In this document: one piece after another, positions 31,191 through 41,236 of the stretch
Layout: each line of letters begins with the position of its first letter
Position numbering within the stretch: position 1 is the first letter of the stretch
Origin: Candidatus Thorarchaeota archaeon
GTDB lineage: Archaea > Asgardarchaeota > Thorarchaeia > Thorarchaeales > Thorarchaeaceae
Direction: 5' to 3'
Assembly (NCBI GenBank): GCA_048882045.1
Contig: JBHLRZ010000021.1
Span: forward strand, 1 to 58,672
Length of the DNA stretch: 58,672 nt
The notes under the pieces: generated by a model
Seen by the model: the letters and a program-made list of their open reading frames with translations, nothing else
Told to the model about the DNA's origin: nothing
Databases searched by the model: none
Made by a program: the position numbers and the translations under genes

Positions 31191-32513
31191 ATGACAGACA
31201 AATTTGAAGCAAAGAACGAGGATTTGGTCGAGTTGACCACCGTAGACGGTGATGTAGAAATTCGAAACTGTAGAACTTTGACCAATCCTGAAGGCGACAC
31301 CGTTGTAATCAAAGGCACACTTCGGGTCATTGACGAATTGCAAGTCGATGGAAATCTCGAATGCGGACGGCTCGAGTCGAAATCTAGAGACCGCATCACT
31401 GTTAATGGAAACCTCAAGGTAGAGAGAGCTGTTAGTATCCCAAGGGGTAGTCTTGTTGTCGAAGGAAACGCTACGGCTAGAGATATCGAAGTAGGTTCAA
31501 CGTTGGTCGTACGACAAAATCTAGAATGCGTATCGGCGAAGGCTGGTGGTTCTGTAAAAATTGAGGGCGACGCAAAAGCCCAAAGAATCACTGGCGGTGG
31601 ATCAGTCAAGATAGAAGGAAACGTGGATGTTGAGAGAGTGACCGGTGGCGGTTCAGTCGGGATCTATGGACAGATTAAGGCTGAAGAGTTTGACGCTGGT
31701 GGATCTGGAAAGACTGCAACTGGTTATATCAAGAAGGTCTCTGTCGGTGGTAGTTTCAAAGCCGAAGATGCAATTGAGATCGAGAGTCTCGATGTTGGTG
31801 GAACTGCAAAGGTTGGTCCAAATTCAAATATCAGCTCCGTCGATATTGGAGGAACTTTCAAAGCTGGCGACGGTCTCAAATTTGGCGAGATTGATGTTGG
31901 AGGTACAGTGAAGATTGAGGGCAGTGCCTCAGGTAAATCAATTGAGGTTGGTGGCACTGTCAAGACAGAAGGTGACCTAGAAGTAACTGAAGGATTGGAT
32001 GTTGGCGGAACTGTTTCTGTACAGGGCAATCTGAAGAGTGATGGAAAGATCAAAGTTGGCGGGACAGTTAGAGTCGAAGGAAGGATTGATACCTTCCGGA
32101 TAATTGTTGGTGGTGCAATCCGTGCAGATTACATCCGAGCAACTGATGGTTTCCGAATAGGCAAAAGGGCGGAAGTTACAGGATTTGTGGAATCAAATGA
32201 AATCCTGATTCGAGAACGCGCAAGAACTGGCACATTATATGGAAAAGATGTCAGAATTGAAGAACGAGCAAGAGTTGGTAGTATCTATGGAGAATCCATC
32301 TACATAGAGAGAGATGCTGTTGTTGAGGGAGAAGTACTCTACACAGACATTCTTGAGGCAGAGGATGGTGTAACATTCAGACAAGAACCAAAGAAAGTGG
32401 ATCAGCTGCCACCTCCAAATCCATCCAAGTCGCCGCGCACTTCCACAGACCATCCTGAACCTCCCGAACCTCCAGACCCCCCGGAACCTCCTAGACCGAG
32501 AGATATGGATTAG
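31191..32513 (+). CDS. Bactofilin-like beta-helical repeat protein with Pro-rich tail
   Basis: ~17-aa repeats of type I.VGG.VK.EG; PEPPEPPDPPEPP tail. Confidence 0.72.
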   Translation: MTDKFEAKNEDLVELTTVDGDVEIRNCRTLTNPEGDTVVIKGTLRVIDELQVDGNLECGRLESKSRDRITVNGNLKVERAVSIPRGSLVVEGNATARDIEVGSTLVVRQNLECVSAKAGGSVKIEGDAKAQRITGGGSVKIEGNVDVERVTGGGSVGIYGQIKAEEFDAGGSGKTATGYIKKVSVGGSFKAEDAIEIESLDVGGTAKVGPNSNISSVDIGGTFKAGDGLKFGEIDVGGTVKIEGSASGKSIEVGGTVKTEGDLEVTEGLDVGGTVSVQGNLKSDGKIKVGGTVRVEGRIDTFRIIVGGAIRADYIRATDGFRIGKRAEVTGFVESNEILIRERARTGTLYGKDVRIEERARVGSIYGESIYIERDAVVEGEVLYTDILEAEDGVTFRQEPKKVDQLPPPNPSKSPRTSTDHPEPPEPPDPPEPPRPRDMD

Positions 32514-32546
32514 TTGCTGTAAGCGTCTTCACCTTCATATTTTATA

Positions 32547-32573
32547 GAGAGGGATCTTGTTCCAGCCCCTCTC
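32547..32573. terminator. Hairpin between convergent genes
   Basis: GAGAGGG...CCCTCTC. Confidence 0.4.
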
Positions 32574-32578
32574 AGTGC

Positions 32579-33358
32579 TTATTTTCGAAGAATGAATATC
32601 CTACGACCTGAGTCTAATGTGAAAGAATTCCTTTCGAAGTCACCATATTCTTCCTCAATCTGGAAACCTGATTCTGTGATAAGAGACTCGACATCTTGAT
32701 TGAAAATGAGAGCTGCTCCAGAAACTACATTTAATTCATCAATCACAACACCCTTGGAATCTTCAACAAGATATCTAAGTTCGACACGCATAATTTTCCT
32801 GTCAAAATCAGACGTGATTACTCCAAACCTGGTGACGATTCTGCCATCTGGTAAAGCCGTTGGTACATCTTGAAATTTGGCATTCTCGTACTGATGTTCG
32901 CCAGGAAAGATGTCAAGAACAAAGATTCCTTCATCGGTCAAATGTTCTTTCACACAGAGAAGCATCGATAGTTGGTCCTCACGTGTCATTAAGTGGCCAA
33001 AAGAGTTGGGCACTATCACAAGAGCGAATTTCCGATTCAGAGAAAACTTGCTCATTGTTCCTTTTATCAACTCGATTCTACTACAAACCTCTTCTGGATT
33101 GGATTCTAATTTCTCGCGAGCAACTCCAAGCATTGACTCTGATTGTTCGAGTGCAACGACTTCAAATCCTTCTTGGGCAAGTGCAAATGTGATTCTACCA
33201 GTTCCAGCTGCTAAGTCAAGTATAGGAGACCCTGCTCTTTTTGCACACTCTATGAAGAAGGGAATATCGGAATTATCAGCGAAGAGGTCGTAGAACTCAC
33301 CTACACCTTCATAACCTGGAGCGAGGTTCTCGTAAAGATCTTCGTTATTGTGTGACAA
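32579..33358 (-). CDS. Class I SAM-dependent methyltransferase
   Basis: ILDLAAGTGR, L...GIFVLD; start uncertain. Confidence 0.88.
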   Translation of the reverse strand: MSHNNEDLYENLAPGYEGVGEFYDLFADNSDIPFFIECAKRAGSPILDLAAGTGRITFALAQEGFEVVALEQSESMLGVAREKLESNPEEVCSRIELIKGTMSKFSLNRKFALVIVPNSFGHLMTREDQLSMLLCVKEHLTDEGIFVLDIFPGEHQYENAKFQDVPTALPDGRIVTRFGVITSDFDRKIMRVELRYLVEDSKGVVIDELNVVSGAALIFNQDVESLITESGFQIEEEYGDFERNSFTLDSGRRIFILRK

Positions 33359-33380
33359 GACATACACGAGCCTAGACAGG

Positions 33381-35123
33381 TTACGCTGGAACAGATGTCG
33401 AGTCAATCACTGTCTTCTTTTCCAGATGTGCACGATACCTCTCTGGTACAGGATAGTTATGGAACTTGTGTGAGTACCAGGCATTCATCTTCTGTTCGAG
33501 TTCTTTGTTGATTCTTGCCCAGAGGGACTCATTGATCTCTGGATGAGTTGTCATTACTCCCTCATTTGGTACACCCTTCACCTTACCCTTCTTGGAAACT
33601 TGCTTTCCTCCGAGGAATGTGAGGAATGATTCAGAGAACACCTTGATGATCTTGTCCGGATTCTTCGCGAGGTCTACTTTCGTAGTGTCCACATCATAGA
33701 CTGAAACATCTGCGTCAGCACCAACTCCGAGATGACCTTTTGATTTGTCAATGCCCAGAATCTTTGCTGGAGAAGCACGTGTGGAAATCACAACATCCTG
33801 CAGAGTCCACTCTCGATCTATGGTCGGAAGGATTGTCCTCTCATGAGCAAACTTGTGCATGTCTTCCATCCAAATGTCTCGTTGCTTCTTACTCATGAGC
33901 CATGAGAAGACCAATGGATACTTTGTGAATGGTCCGGCATTCGGATGGTCTGTACTGATAATACATCTCCATACATCATCAACACTGAGAGCAAACTCCA
34001 ATGGAATTGCCCATTGTACCGAGTTGCCAGCAGCCTTTGGACTATAGGTGTAAGGCACAATTCCAGCTCCTCCTGGGAGCTCCACATCAACAGCAAGACT
34101 GACCCACTTTCCACCTGTCAACTGGTAGAGATAGAACTCAAAAGGTCCGTCTCCTGTCATCGTTGTGGCAGGACCGAAGGTTATCTGACCCATGTCTGCA
34201 GTGAAGTGCTTATTCTTGTTCATGTACTGTGCAAACTTGTAACCACCTGATTGTATATCAGCCCATTCCATTCCTGCACCCTCTACACTACTCAGAGTTT
34301 CAAACGACATGTGAGTAAGATGGCAGATGTGCTTACGACCTCCATGACCTTTGAGGTCCTTTATCATGTCGAGTTGGGCAATTGTGGTATCCACATTTCC
34401 CACCCTACCAAGATTGTTGGGATGGTAGTGCATCATGTGAGGTAAACCTAGTGATTCAACAGCTCTACAGACACTTCGAGTGATTTCCTTTGGACTGATT
34501 CCCCATCCAGGTACCTCACCCTCATGATCTCTCAGGTCCACACCGTGAGCCCATGCGTAGGTACCACCAGGATTGACCATTTTTACCCCAAGACCGCCTA
34601 CTTTCTGAAGAGTCCATGCAATGAATGCAGCGAGTCCACTTAGGTCACCTTCCTTCACATAGTCGAAGGTAATCATACTGTTGCAGAACATTGGAAGTAG
34701 TCCTGAGGTGAGGTTGGGTAGGTCCTCCATCTCCTCCCATGAACCAAGAGCTTTGAGGGCGGGTAACGCTGGTTCTACGACTGTTGTGTACCCCATTGAG
34801 GAATAGCGATAACCAATGACGTAGGAGTTTGGCATTGTATATCCGACGCCACCACGAGTGTCCTTTGTCTTGGGGACTGGATCCTTTCGATGATCTTCAG
34901 GACATATTGATCGCCCAACACCCACCTTGCTTCCAACTATGTGGGAGTGCATGTCGACTCCACCAGCCATTACAAGCTTGCCTTTCAGGTCAATTTTCTT
35001 GGCTGACCCATTGACCTTTTCGACGATTTTTCCTTCTGACATGCAGATGTCCATGACATCGCCTTCGATCCCGTGCATTGGGTCATAGATTCGACCATTG
35101 GTGAGAATTACATCTTTACTCAT
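33381..35123 (-). CDS. fwdA: Formylmethanofuran dehydrogenase subunit A
   Basis: GGVDMHSH, KMVNPGG, H.NNLG, STDHPNAGPF, GHLGVGADAD. Confidence 0.95.
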   Translation of the reverse strand: MSKDVILTNGRIYDPMHGIEGDVMDICMSEGKIVEKVNGSAKKIDLKGKLVMAGGVDMHSHIVGSKVGVGRSICPEDHRKDPVPKTKDTRGGVGYTMPNSYVIGYRYSSMGYTTVVEPALPALKALGSWEEMEDLPNLTSGLLPMFCNSMITFDYVKEGDLSGLAAFIAWTLQKVGGLGVKMVNPGGTYAWAHGVDLRDHEGEVPGWGISPKEITRSVCRAVESLGLPHMMHYHPNNLGRVGNVDTTIAQLDMIKDLKGHGGRKHICHLTHMSFETLSSVEGAGMEWADIQSGGYKFAQYMNKNKHFTADMGQITFGPATTMTGDGPFEFYLYQLTGGKWVSLAVDVELPGGAGIVPYTYSPKAAGNSVQWAIPLEFALSVDDVWRCIISTDHPNAGPFTKYPLVFSWLMSKKQRDIWMEDMHKFAHERTILPTIDREWTLQDVVISTRASPAKILGIDKSKGHLGVGADADVSVYDVDTTKVDLAKNPDKIIKVFSESFLTFLGGKQVSKKGKVKGVPNEGVMTTHPEINESLWARINKELEQKMNAWYSHKFHNYPVPERYRAHLEKKTVIDSTSVPA

Positions 35124-36430
35124 TTCTTCACCCTCCTTAGCTCAGAGTATATCATCTTGAGAATCTCCCTATCGGGCTGGAAGTCCTCTGGAGGGTCTAC
35201 CACCTTCTTGAGATAGAGTGGAAGACCGTCCATACGCGTTGCAGCACCATCACATTCGATTCCAGCAATGGCTGTGGGAATGTTGACCTCTGCTAATAGT
35301 GAGGTCATATTTTGTTTTGGATCAAGATTGATGATAGGTATGTTGGCCATATGTTTGAGAGCTTCTCTCGGGAAGTGAGCGGCAGGATCTGCCGCAATGT
35401 TCAGGAGAACATCAACCTCGCTCCTGACAAGCATATCTACTGCTGTGAACTCTCCAGGCTGATATCTGGGATAACCTCGTGAATAATCAACAGCATATGG
35501 ATAGCCCGTCTGCCAGGTCGATGTCTTATTAGCTCCTGCAACATTGTAGTGACCTCGCATTGGTAGCATACTCCACTTGGTATGACGATTCAAGTCTTGT
35601 ATAAGACGAATTGCTGCATCGATGTTTCGGTGTCGACCCTTGGACTGAGTTAGTCCTAGGCCAAAGAACAGTACTCCATATTTGACTGTCTTCATGGTTT
35701 CAACTAATTCTTTCAGATCTTCGACTGATTGTCCTCCTACCTCATCGACATCCAGTTTCTTCCCTCTTGCGAGTGCACGTAGCGCAGATATGACTTCAAG
35801 GTCTGTGCCAGGCTCAATCTGTATATATTTATCAGCTACACCAGCACTGATCGTCTTTCGAATATCAATGACCCATATTTTCCGTTCTTTCTTTGGGTCC
35901 TTGATGTACTCTCCTGCTGCCCTTGTGTGGAGATTCATATGACGTGGATGGGCAAACTGAGGATTTGAACCCCAGTAGATGACCAAGTCCGACCGGTGTC
36001 TGACCTCAGCCAATGCAGCTACCGCTTCTCCAGACTCCTGAGCTCCTAGAATTGTGGGTCCGTGACAGACTGACGATGTGTTGTCAACGACGCCTCCAGC
36101 CTCCTCAGCGATCTTATAGGCCTCTCTGTGTGCGTCGTTCTCTGTTGAACTGAGTCCATAGACAAGCAGACGCTTGGAATTGGCGATTAGATCCACAGCT
36201 CTAGAAACCGCCTCCTTCAGGCTAACACTTGTTGTGGTTCCATTTGTTCGAATCGAAGGACCTCCAAGTCGGTCTTCAGCATGATGTAGGAACTTTGCCT
36301 TACTGATAGCACAACCATTCTCATTGCTGGTGATCTTGTTGTCTTTGACCTCAAGCTTGATATCATCACAGAGACAACCACAGAATACACAAACAACATT
36401 CTCATGTGTTTCCTCAGTCATCAATATCAC
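35120..36430 (-). CDS. fwdB: Formylmethanofuran dehydrogenase subunit B (Cys form)
   Basis: CVFCGCLCDD, DNTSSVCHGP (TGT codon), AHPRH, MRGHYNV. Confidence 0.95.
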   Translation of the reverse strand: MILMTEETHENVVCVFCGCLCDDIKLEVKDNKITSNENGCAISKAKFLHHAEDRLGGPSIRTNGTTTSVSLKEAVSRAVDLIANSKRLLVYGLSSTENDAHREAYKIAEEAGGVVDNTSSVCHGPTILGAQESGEAVAALAEVRHRSDLVIYWGSNPQFAHPRHMNLHTRAAGEYIKDPKKERKIWVIDIRKTISAGVADKYIQIEPGTDLEVISALRALARGKKLDVDEVGGQSVEDLKELVETMKTVKYGVLFFGLGLTQSKGRHRNIDAAIRLIQDLNRHTKWSMLPMRGHYNVAGANKTSTWQTGYPYAVDYSRGYPRYQPGEFTAVDMLVRSEVDVLLNIAADPAAHFPREALKHMANIPIINLDPKQNMTSLLAEVNIPTAIAGIECDGAATRMDGLPLYLKKVVDPPEDFQPDREILKMIYSELRRVKK

Positions 36431-36822
36431 TCCACCATTTTCTTAAGCAATTCCTTGACGCTCAGGACCTTTTTACCCTTGGCGGGGAAAATCTGAGCCC
36501 GTATACTCTTGAAATCGGGCATCCCTGTACCTTCTGTATCAGAACCTGTGATTGCGTTTGCATATGGTCCACACGGGATGAACACAACGCCTGGTTCAGC
36601 TCTCCGATCTAGTCTACTCGTCACTATTACACTGCCATGAATGGTCTCGACCCTAACTGGATCCCCGGCCTCAATTCCCAATGCGTCAAATGTTACTTGA
36701 TCCATCTCACAGACTGAAACTTCTTCAAAGTATTCTGAGGAAAGTTTTCCAATTTCCATTCCTCTTCCTTGTTTGAGGGTCCGACCGGATGTGACCAATG
36801 CTTTTACACCGACTGCGCTCAT
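36427..36822 (-). CDS. fwdD: Formylmethanofuran dehydrogenase subunit D
   Basis: SGRTLKQG, FIPCGPYAN, GTGMPDFK. Confidence 0.92.
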   Translation of the reverse strand: MSAVGVKALVTSGRTLKQGRGMEIGKLSSEYFEEVSVCEMDQVTFDALGIEAGDPVRVETIHGSVIVTSRLDRRAEPGVVFIPCGPYANAITGSDTEGTGMPDFKSIRAQIFPAKGKKVLSVKELLKKMVE

Positions 36823-37181
36823 CAACAGACACTCCCAGATATGTGTCAAATAGCCCATTACAAACCACAATAAGAACTCTTAGGGAAACTCAAATATCGA
36901 TAAAACAGAATGAAGTAGGGACGAGGAGGGAATTTTTGATCCATTCAGATCACCGTTCCAAGCGCAACTTCTATTCTCCACATCCCTACGTGAGCGGGAG
37001 TACAATTCCATTATTTACATTTAATGTGTGCCTAGATACACCATCATTTATCCATGCTTTCATCATATGATACTCGGTTTCTAGGTGCAATATGAGAGTC
37101 TGGTGATATATCGGTCACTTCGAAGACTTTATAGATGAAGTATCGTCGAGGCCCCCGTAGGCTCTCAATCAGACGAGGTAG

Positions 37182-38168
37182 TTGATTGAAACAATGACAG
37201 TTGACAAGAAGACATTGAAGGAGCTATTCACTAGAACCCTTAAGGTCCGAAGATTTGAAGAAAAAGTTTGGGACCTGTTTGGAGAAAACATTGTGCCTGG
37301 CACTCTTCACTTGTATCTAGGACAGGAAGCAGTAGCTGCTGGAGTTACTGCAGCGTTGAAAAAGACAGATTGGATCCAAAGTACTCACCGAGGGCATGGT
37401 CATGTAGTTGCAAAAGGAGCAGACATGAATGCTGCCCTGGCTGAATTGCTTGGAAAGGAAACTGGTTCCTGTAAGGGTAAAGGAGGTTCAATGCACATCA
37501 CACAGTTTGATGTCGGTGTCTTGGGTGCAACAGGAGTTGTAGCCTCTGGGCTCCCGATAGCAGTTGGAGCAGCTCTTTCATGTCAGATGAGGGGTACTAA
37601 GGATGTGGTTGCATGCTTCTTCGGAGATGGTGCATCGAACAATGGTACCTTTGGGGAGTCGCTCAACATGTCAGCAATTTGGAAACTTCCACTAGTGTGG
37701 ATTGTTGAGAACAACCTCTATGCCATGGGTACTCCAATCAAAATGATGTGTCCTAGTGCTGATATTGCACAGAGAGCAGATGGATACTGTATTCCCAGCA
37801 TGGTAGTTGATGGAAACAATGCCTTGGAAGTCTATGAAGCAACGGTAGAGGCTGTCAGGAGAGCCAGAGCTGGAGAGGGCCCAACCTTGATAGAGTGTAA
37901 GACTTACAGGATGAGAGGGCACTCACGATTCGATCCAGCCAAGTATAGACCAGAGGATGAGGCGAATCAATGGTTGAGTGAGGAGCGAGACGCTGTCCGA
38001 ATCATTCGCCAAATTGCTATGGAACAAGGAGCCTTGACAGAAAAGGAAGCAGACAAGATAGACGAGAAGATAACGAAAGAAGTTGAAAAGGCGGGAGAGT
38101 TTGCCAAGAAGTCAGAGTATCCAGCACCAGAGGACGCTCTCACTGATGTATATTCGGAGGTGCTCTAG
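37182..38168 (+). CDS. 2-oxoacid/acetoin dehydrogenase E1 alpha (TPP-binding)
   Basis: HLYLGQEA, STHRGHGH, GKGGSMH, GDGA...ENN, TYR..GHS..D. Confidence 0.93.
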   Translation: MIETMTVDKKTLKELFTRTLKVRRFEEKVWDLFGENIVPGTLHLYLGQEAVAAGVTAALKKTDWIQSTHRGHGHVVAKGADMNAALAELLGKETGSCKGKGGSMHITQFDVGVLGATGVVASGLPIAVGAALSCQMRGTKDVVACFFGDGASNNGTFGESLNMSAIWKLPLVWIVENNLYAMGTPIKMMCPSADIAQRADGYCIPSMVVDGNNALEVYEATVEAVRRARAGEGPTLIECKTYRMRGHSRFDPAKYRPEDEANQWLSEERDAVRIIRQIAMEQGALTEKEADKIDEKITKEVEKAGEFAKKSEYPAPEDALTDVYSEVL

Positions 38169-39143
38169 ATGCCCGAGATAACATATAGAGAGGCACTCAA
38201 GGCAGGTCTCCGTGAAGAGATGCTTAGAGACGAACGAGTTTTCATCATGGGAGAAGATGTTGGTCTGAACTGGGGCGGTGCCTTCAAGGTAACAAAAGGG
38301 CTCGCAGAGGAGTTTGGTGAAGACCGAGTGAGGGACACTCCAATCTCAGAGAACACAATCGCGGGTGCTGCTGTGGGTGCAGCAATCACCGGACTGATAC
38401 CAGTTGCTGAGATTATGTTTGGAGACCTCATTACATTGGCGATGGACCAAGTCTGTAACCAAGCGGCAAAAATGCGTTACATGTTTGGTGGACAGACATC
38501 AGTTCCGTTAGTCCTTCGAAGTGTATTTGGCGGTGGAAAGAACATTGCTTCACATCACTCACAGAGTCTGGAGTCATGGTTTATGCATACGCCCGGACTC
38601 AAGATTGCAGTCCCAGCGTTTGCCTCTGATGCTAAGGGTCTCATAAAGACAGCAATCAGAGACCCAGACCCAGTCATGTTCTTCGAACACAAGCTTGTCT
38701 ATGACAAGAAGGAAGAGGTTCCTGATGAGGAATATACTATTCCTTTTGGAGAAGCAAAAGTCAGAAGAGAAGGCGCAGATGTGACTGTGTGGGGAACCTT
38801 CTTCATGCTCCATAAAGCGCTCGAAGTAGCGGATGATCTTGAGAAGGAAGGAATTAGTGTAGAAGTAATCGACCCTCGGACACTTGTCCCGCTGGACAAA
38901 AAGACGTTGATTGAATCAGTCAAAAAGACAGGAAGGCTTGTCTTGGTGACTGAGGAAACTAGGACTGGAGCGACCACTGCAGAGGTAGCAGCCATTGTCC
39001 AGGAAGAGGTGTTTGATTGGCTTGATGCACCCATCAAGAGAGTGAACGCTCCAGATACACCAGTACCATTCAGTCCACCCCTAGAGAACTACTTCATTCC
39101 TGATAACAAGCGAATAGCTGAAGCCATTCGAAGTGTAGTGTAG
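38169..39143 (+). CDS. 2-oxoacid/acetoin dehydrogenase E1 beta
   Basis: GEDV, DTPISE, HSQS, EHK, IDPRTLVPLD. Confidence 0.93.
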   Translation: MPEITYREALKAGLREEMLRDERVFIMGEDVGLNWGGAFKVTKGLAEEFGEDRVRDTPISENTIAGAAVGAAITGLIPVAEIMFGDLITLAMDQVCNQAAKMRYMFGGQTSVPLVLRSVFGGGKNIASHHSQSLESWFMHTPGLKIAVPAFASDAKGLIKTAIRDPDPVMFFEHKLVYDKKEEVPDEEYTIPFGEAKVRREGADVTVWGTFFMLHKALEVADDLEKEGISVEVIDPRTLVPLDKKTLIESVKKTGRLVLVTEETRTGATTAEVAAIVQEEVFDWLDAPIKRVNAPDTPVPFSPPLENYFIPDNKRIAEAIRSVV

Positions 39144-39148
39144 TATGG

Positions 39149-41083
39149 TTAAACCGAAGAGCCATTCTGACCATATCTCATTCTCCTGTAACTATCAAGG
39201 ATCATATAGATAGGAGCCGCGAGAAGAATGATTAAACCCTCTCTCAGAATATTGTTACTGAAATGCCACGTCTGGACATAATTCAGAGATAGAATGATTT
39301 CAAAGACAGATAGAATGAGAAGCCAAAAAATCGACATCAATTGCAAATATGTATGTTCACCAAATGGGACTGCAATTCGAATGACAAGATAGATCCAGGT
39401 AATCCAAAACAGAATTTCGACTGTCCACCAGAACTGGTGTATACTCAAAACATGATGTGGATAAATCCCGAATCTGATTGTTGCTAAAGTATCATTACTA
39501 TGAGTGATGACAGTGTTCAATGCTGGATAGATATCACGATACGCAGTACCACCTTGATAGAATGACTGGATGTATTCATCCGATGTAATCCAAGGAACGA
39601 ATATACTCAGAGTAACAAGTAAGAAAGGTATAACTTCTGGCTTCAACAGGAACCGTTTGAAATCCTCTCGACTGGGATTTGATATGTAGAGAATGGTCAC
39701 AATAAGAGTCATGAGTCCCGTTATGACCCACAAGGGAAGGCCAACGGATGCCACCAGTCCTTCGTAGGTCAATACAATATTCCCTAGTGTCACTATCTGA
39801 GCATAGCTGATGTTCAGATGCCAATTGGTATTTGTATCCATACTGAAATATGCAATACTACGGTAGTAATATTGACCAATTGTGTTTTCATATGTGAAGG
39901 CTCTTATTTCGATAATGAAACTCTGAGGATTGTTATTTCCTTCAATGAGCGGGATGTATACATATTTCCAATCTGAACTTCTGGAACCCAGATATAACCA
40001 CCAGTAAAAGCGCATGTCTGAATTATAATCTAATCGTAGTTCGAAATACGGGATCTCAGGTGCGAATGAGATATGTAGTTCTGTAAGAGGGAATTCAACT
40101 TCAATAAACGTACTTGTTTCATTAGCCAAGGTAAAACTTGAATCGTAGCGCCAGAAGTTTGAATATATGCTGCGATAGAGCCAACTGGCTGTAAAATTCA
40201 TGTTTGTAGGCCGAGTGTATATTGTTTCATTTACTCGATGTGCAGTAAAACGTGCGTACCTTGGAGTACCGTTGGTATTCCTTGTCAGATTTATCATTGG
40301 GTCAAGCATGAGATGCTGTGTGTTCGGATTTTTGTAGATAGATTCACCTTCTTGTGTTTGGACATCAATAGTCAAAGGAACCAGTTCATGAGACGAAGAT
40401 GCCTCTATCGTCACCAGGGGTTCGAGAATCTGCCCGAGTGTCTCGGCATTGAAACCAATATGAACCGTCATCGGAACCAACCATTCACCTGGTTCTTGAT
40501 CCAGATCACTCATGATTGGGACAATATGCAGGGATGCGTTTTGACCCCCTTCCAGTTCAATTCTTTCGATATGCTCCAAGTCACTACTGTAATATTCCGA
40601 ATTTCTTCCATCAATGGAAACCCGGAAATACACTGACACCATTCCTACAACGCAACTCACGTTCAGTGTGACAGAGAATCCATCATAGTCCTCATATGGA
40701 ATCATGACCGTAGTTCTAAAATTGGAATGTACGATATTTAGGACTCCGTCCGTCACACCTAATGTGTTGTTCACAATTGCGCTTAGGCTAGTGTAGGGTT
40801 CAACAACCCAAAAGGGGGATCCGTAGTTTAGAGTTTCATTCATGATCACAACAGAATTCATAGAATTGAAGGGAGTTTGAGAAATACGATGGCCATTGGG
40901 TTCTGAAATTGGATCAAGTGGTGTAAGTTCAAAGGAGGGTCTGGGATCATCTGCAAAGTCAGCACCAAAAGTGGACGTCAAAGATGCCCAGATGAACAAT
41001 GGGGTGGTCCAGATGATAATGAGAGAAATGCAGAGAAGCAACTGCTTACGATTCGGACGTTTCCCCGAATAACTAACTCCCAT
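39149..41083 (-). CDS. Hypothetical membrane protein with large extracellular domain
   Basis: N-terminal TM, many N-x-S/T sequons, ~5 C-terminal TM segments; antisense between E1b and E2. Confidence 0.75.
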   Translation of the reverse strand: MGVSYSGKRPNRKQLLLCISLIIIWTTPLFIWASLTSTFGADFADDPRPSFELTPLDPISEPNGHRISQTPFNSMNSVVIMNETLNYGSPFWVVEPYTSLSAIVNNTLGVTDGVLNIVHSNFRTTVMIPYEDYDGFSVTLNVSCVVGMVSVYFRVSIDGRNSEYYSSDLEHIERIELEGGQNASLHIVPIMSDLDQEPGEWLVPMTVHIGFNAETLGQILEPLVTIEASSSHELVPLTIDVQTQEGESIYKNPNTQHLMLDPMINLTRNTNGTPRYARFTAHRVNETIYTRPTNMNFTASWLYRSIYSNFWRYDSSFTLANETSTFIEVEFPLTELHISFAPEIPYFELRLDYNSDMRFYWWLYLGSRSSDWKYVYIPLIEGNNNPQSFIIEIRAFTYENTIGQYYYRSIAYFSMDTNTNWHLNISYAQIVTLGNIVLTYEGLVASVGLPLWVITGLMTLIVTILYISNPSREDFKRFLLKPEVIPFLLVTLSIFVPWITSDEYIQSFYQGGTAYRDIYPALNTVITHSNDTLATIRFGIYPHHVLSIHQFWWTVEILFWITWIYLVIRIAVPFGEHTYLQLMSIFWLLILSVFEIILSLNYVQTWHFSNNILREGLIILLAAPIYMILDSYRRMRYGQNGSSV

Positions 41084-41236
41084 TTCGATTCACAGAGGGT
41101 ATTTCAGAGATAATGAAAAATCTTCGCACCCAAGAGTTTCACACCTCTTAAGTGAGTTAACACTAGCGTTATATGTAATCAAAATCTAGGCGCGAGCGTC
41201 AGTAGGACCTTTACTCGGTCTTGGAGTTGAAAACAC

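Noticed and set aside
32440-32495. Tandem DNA repeat (CC.GAACCTCC)
   Set aside because: Explained by the PEPP-coding tail of the beta-helical protein.
35120-36430. Selenocysteine in FwdB or other redox genes
   Set aside because: The active-site codon is TGT, and no in-frame TGA with continuing homology was seen in the window.
39144-41236. Target-site duplication around the membrane gene between E1b and E2
   Set aside because: No flanking direct or inverted repeat was found by eye.
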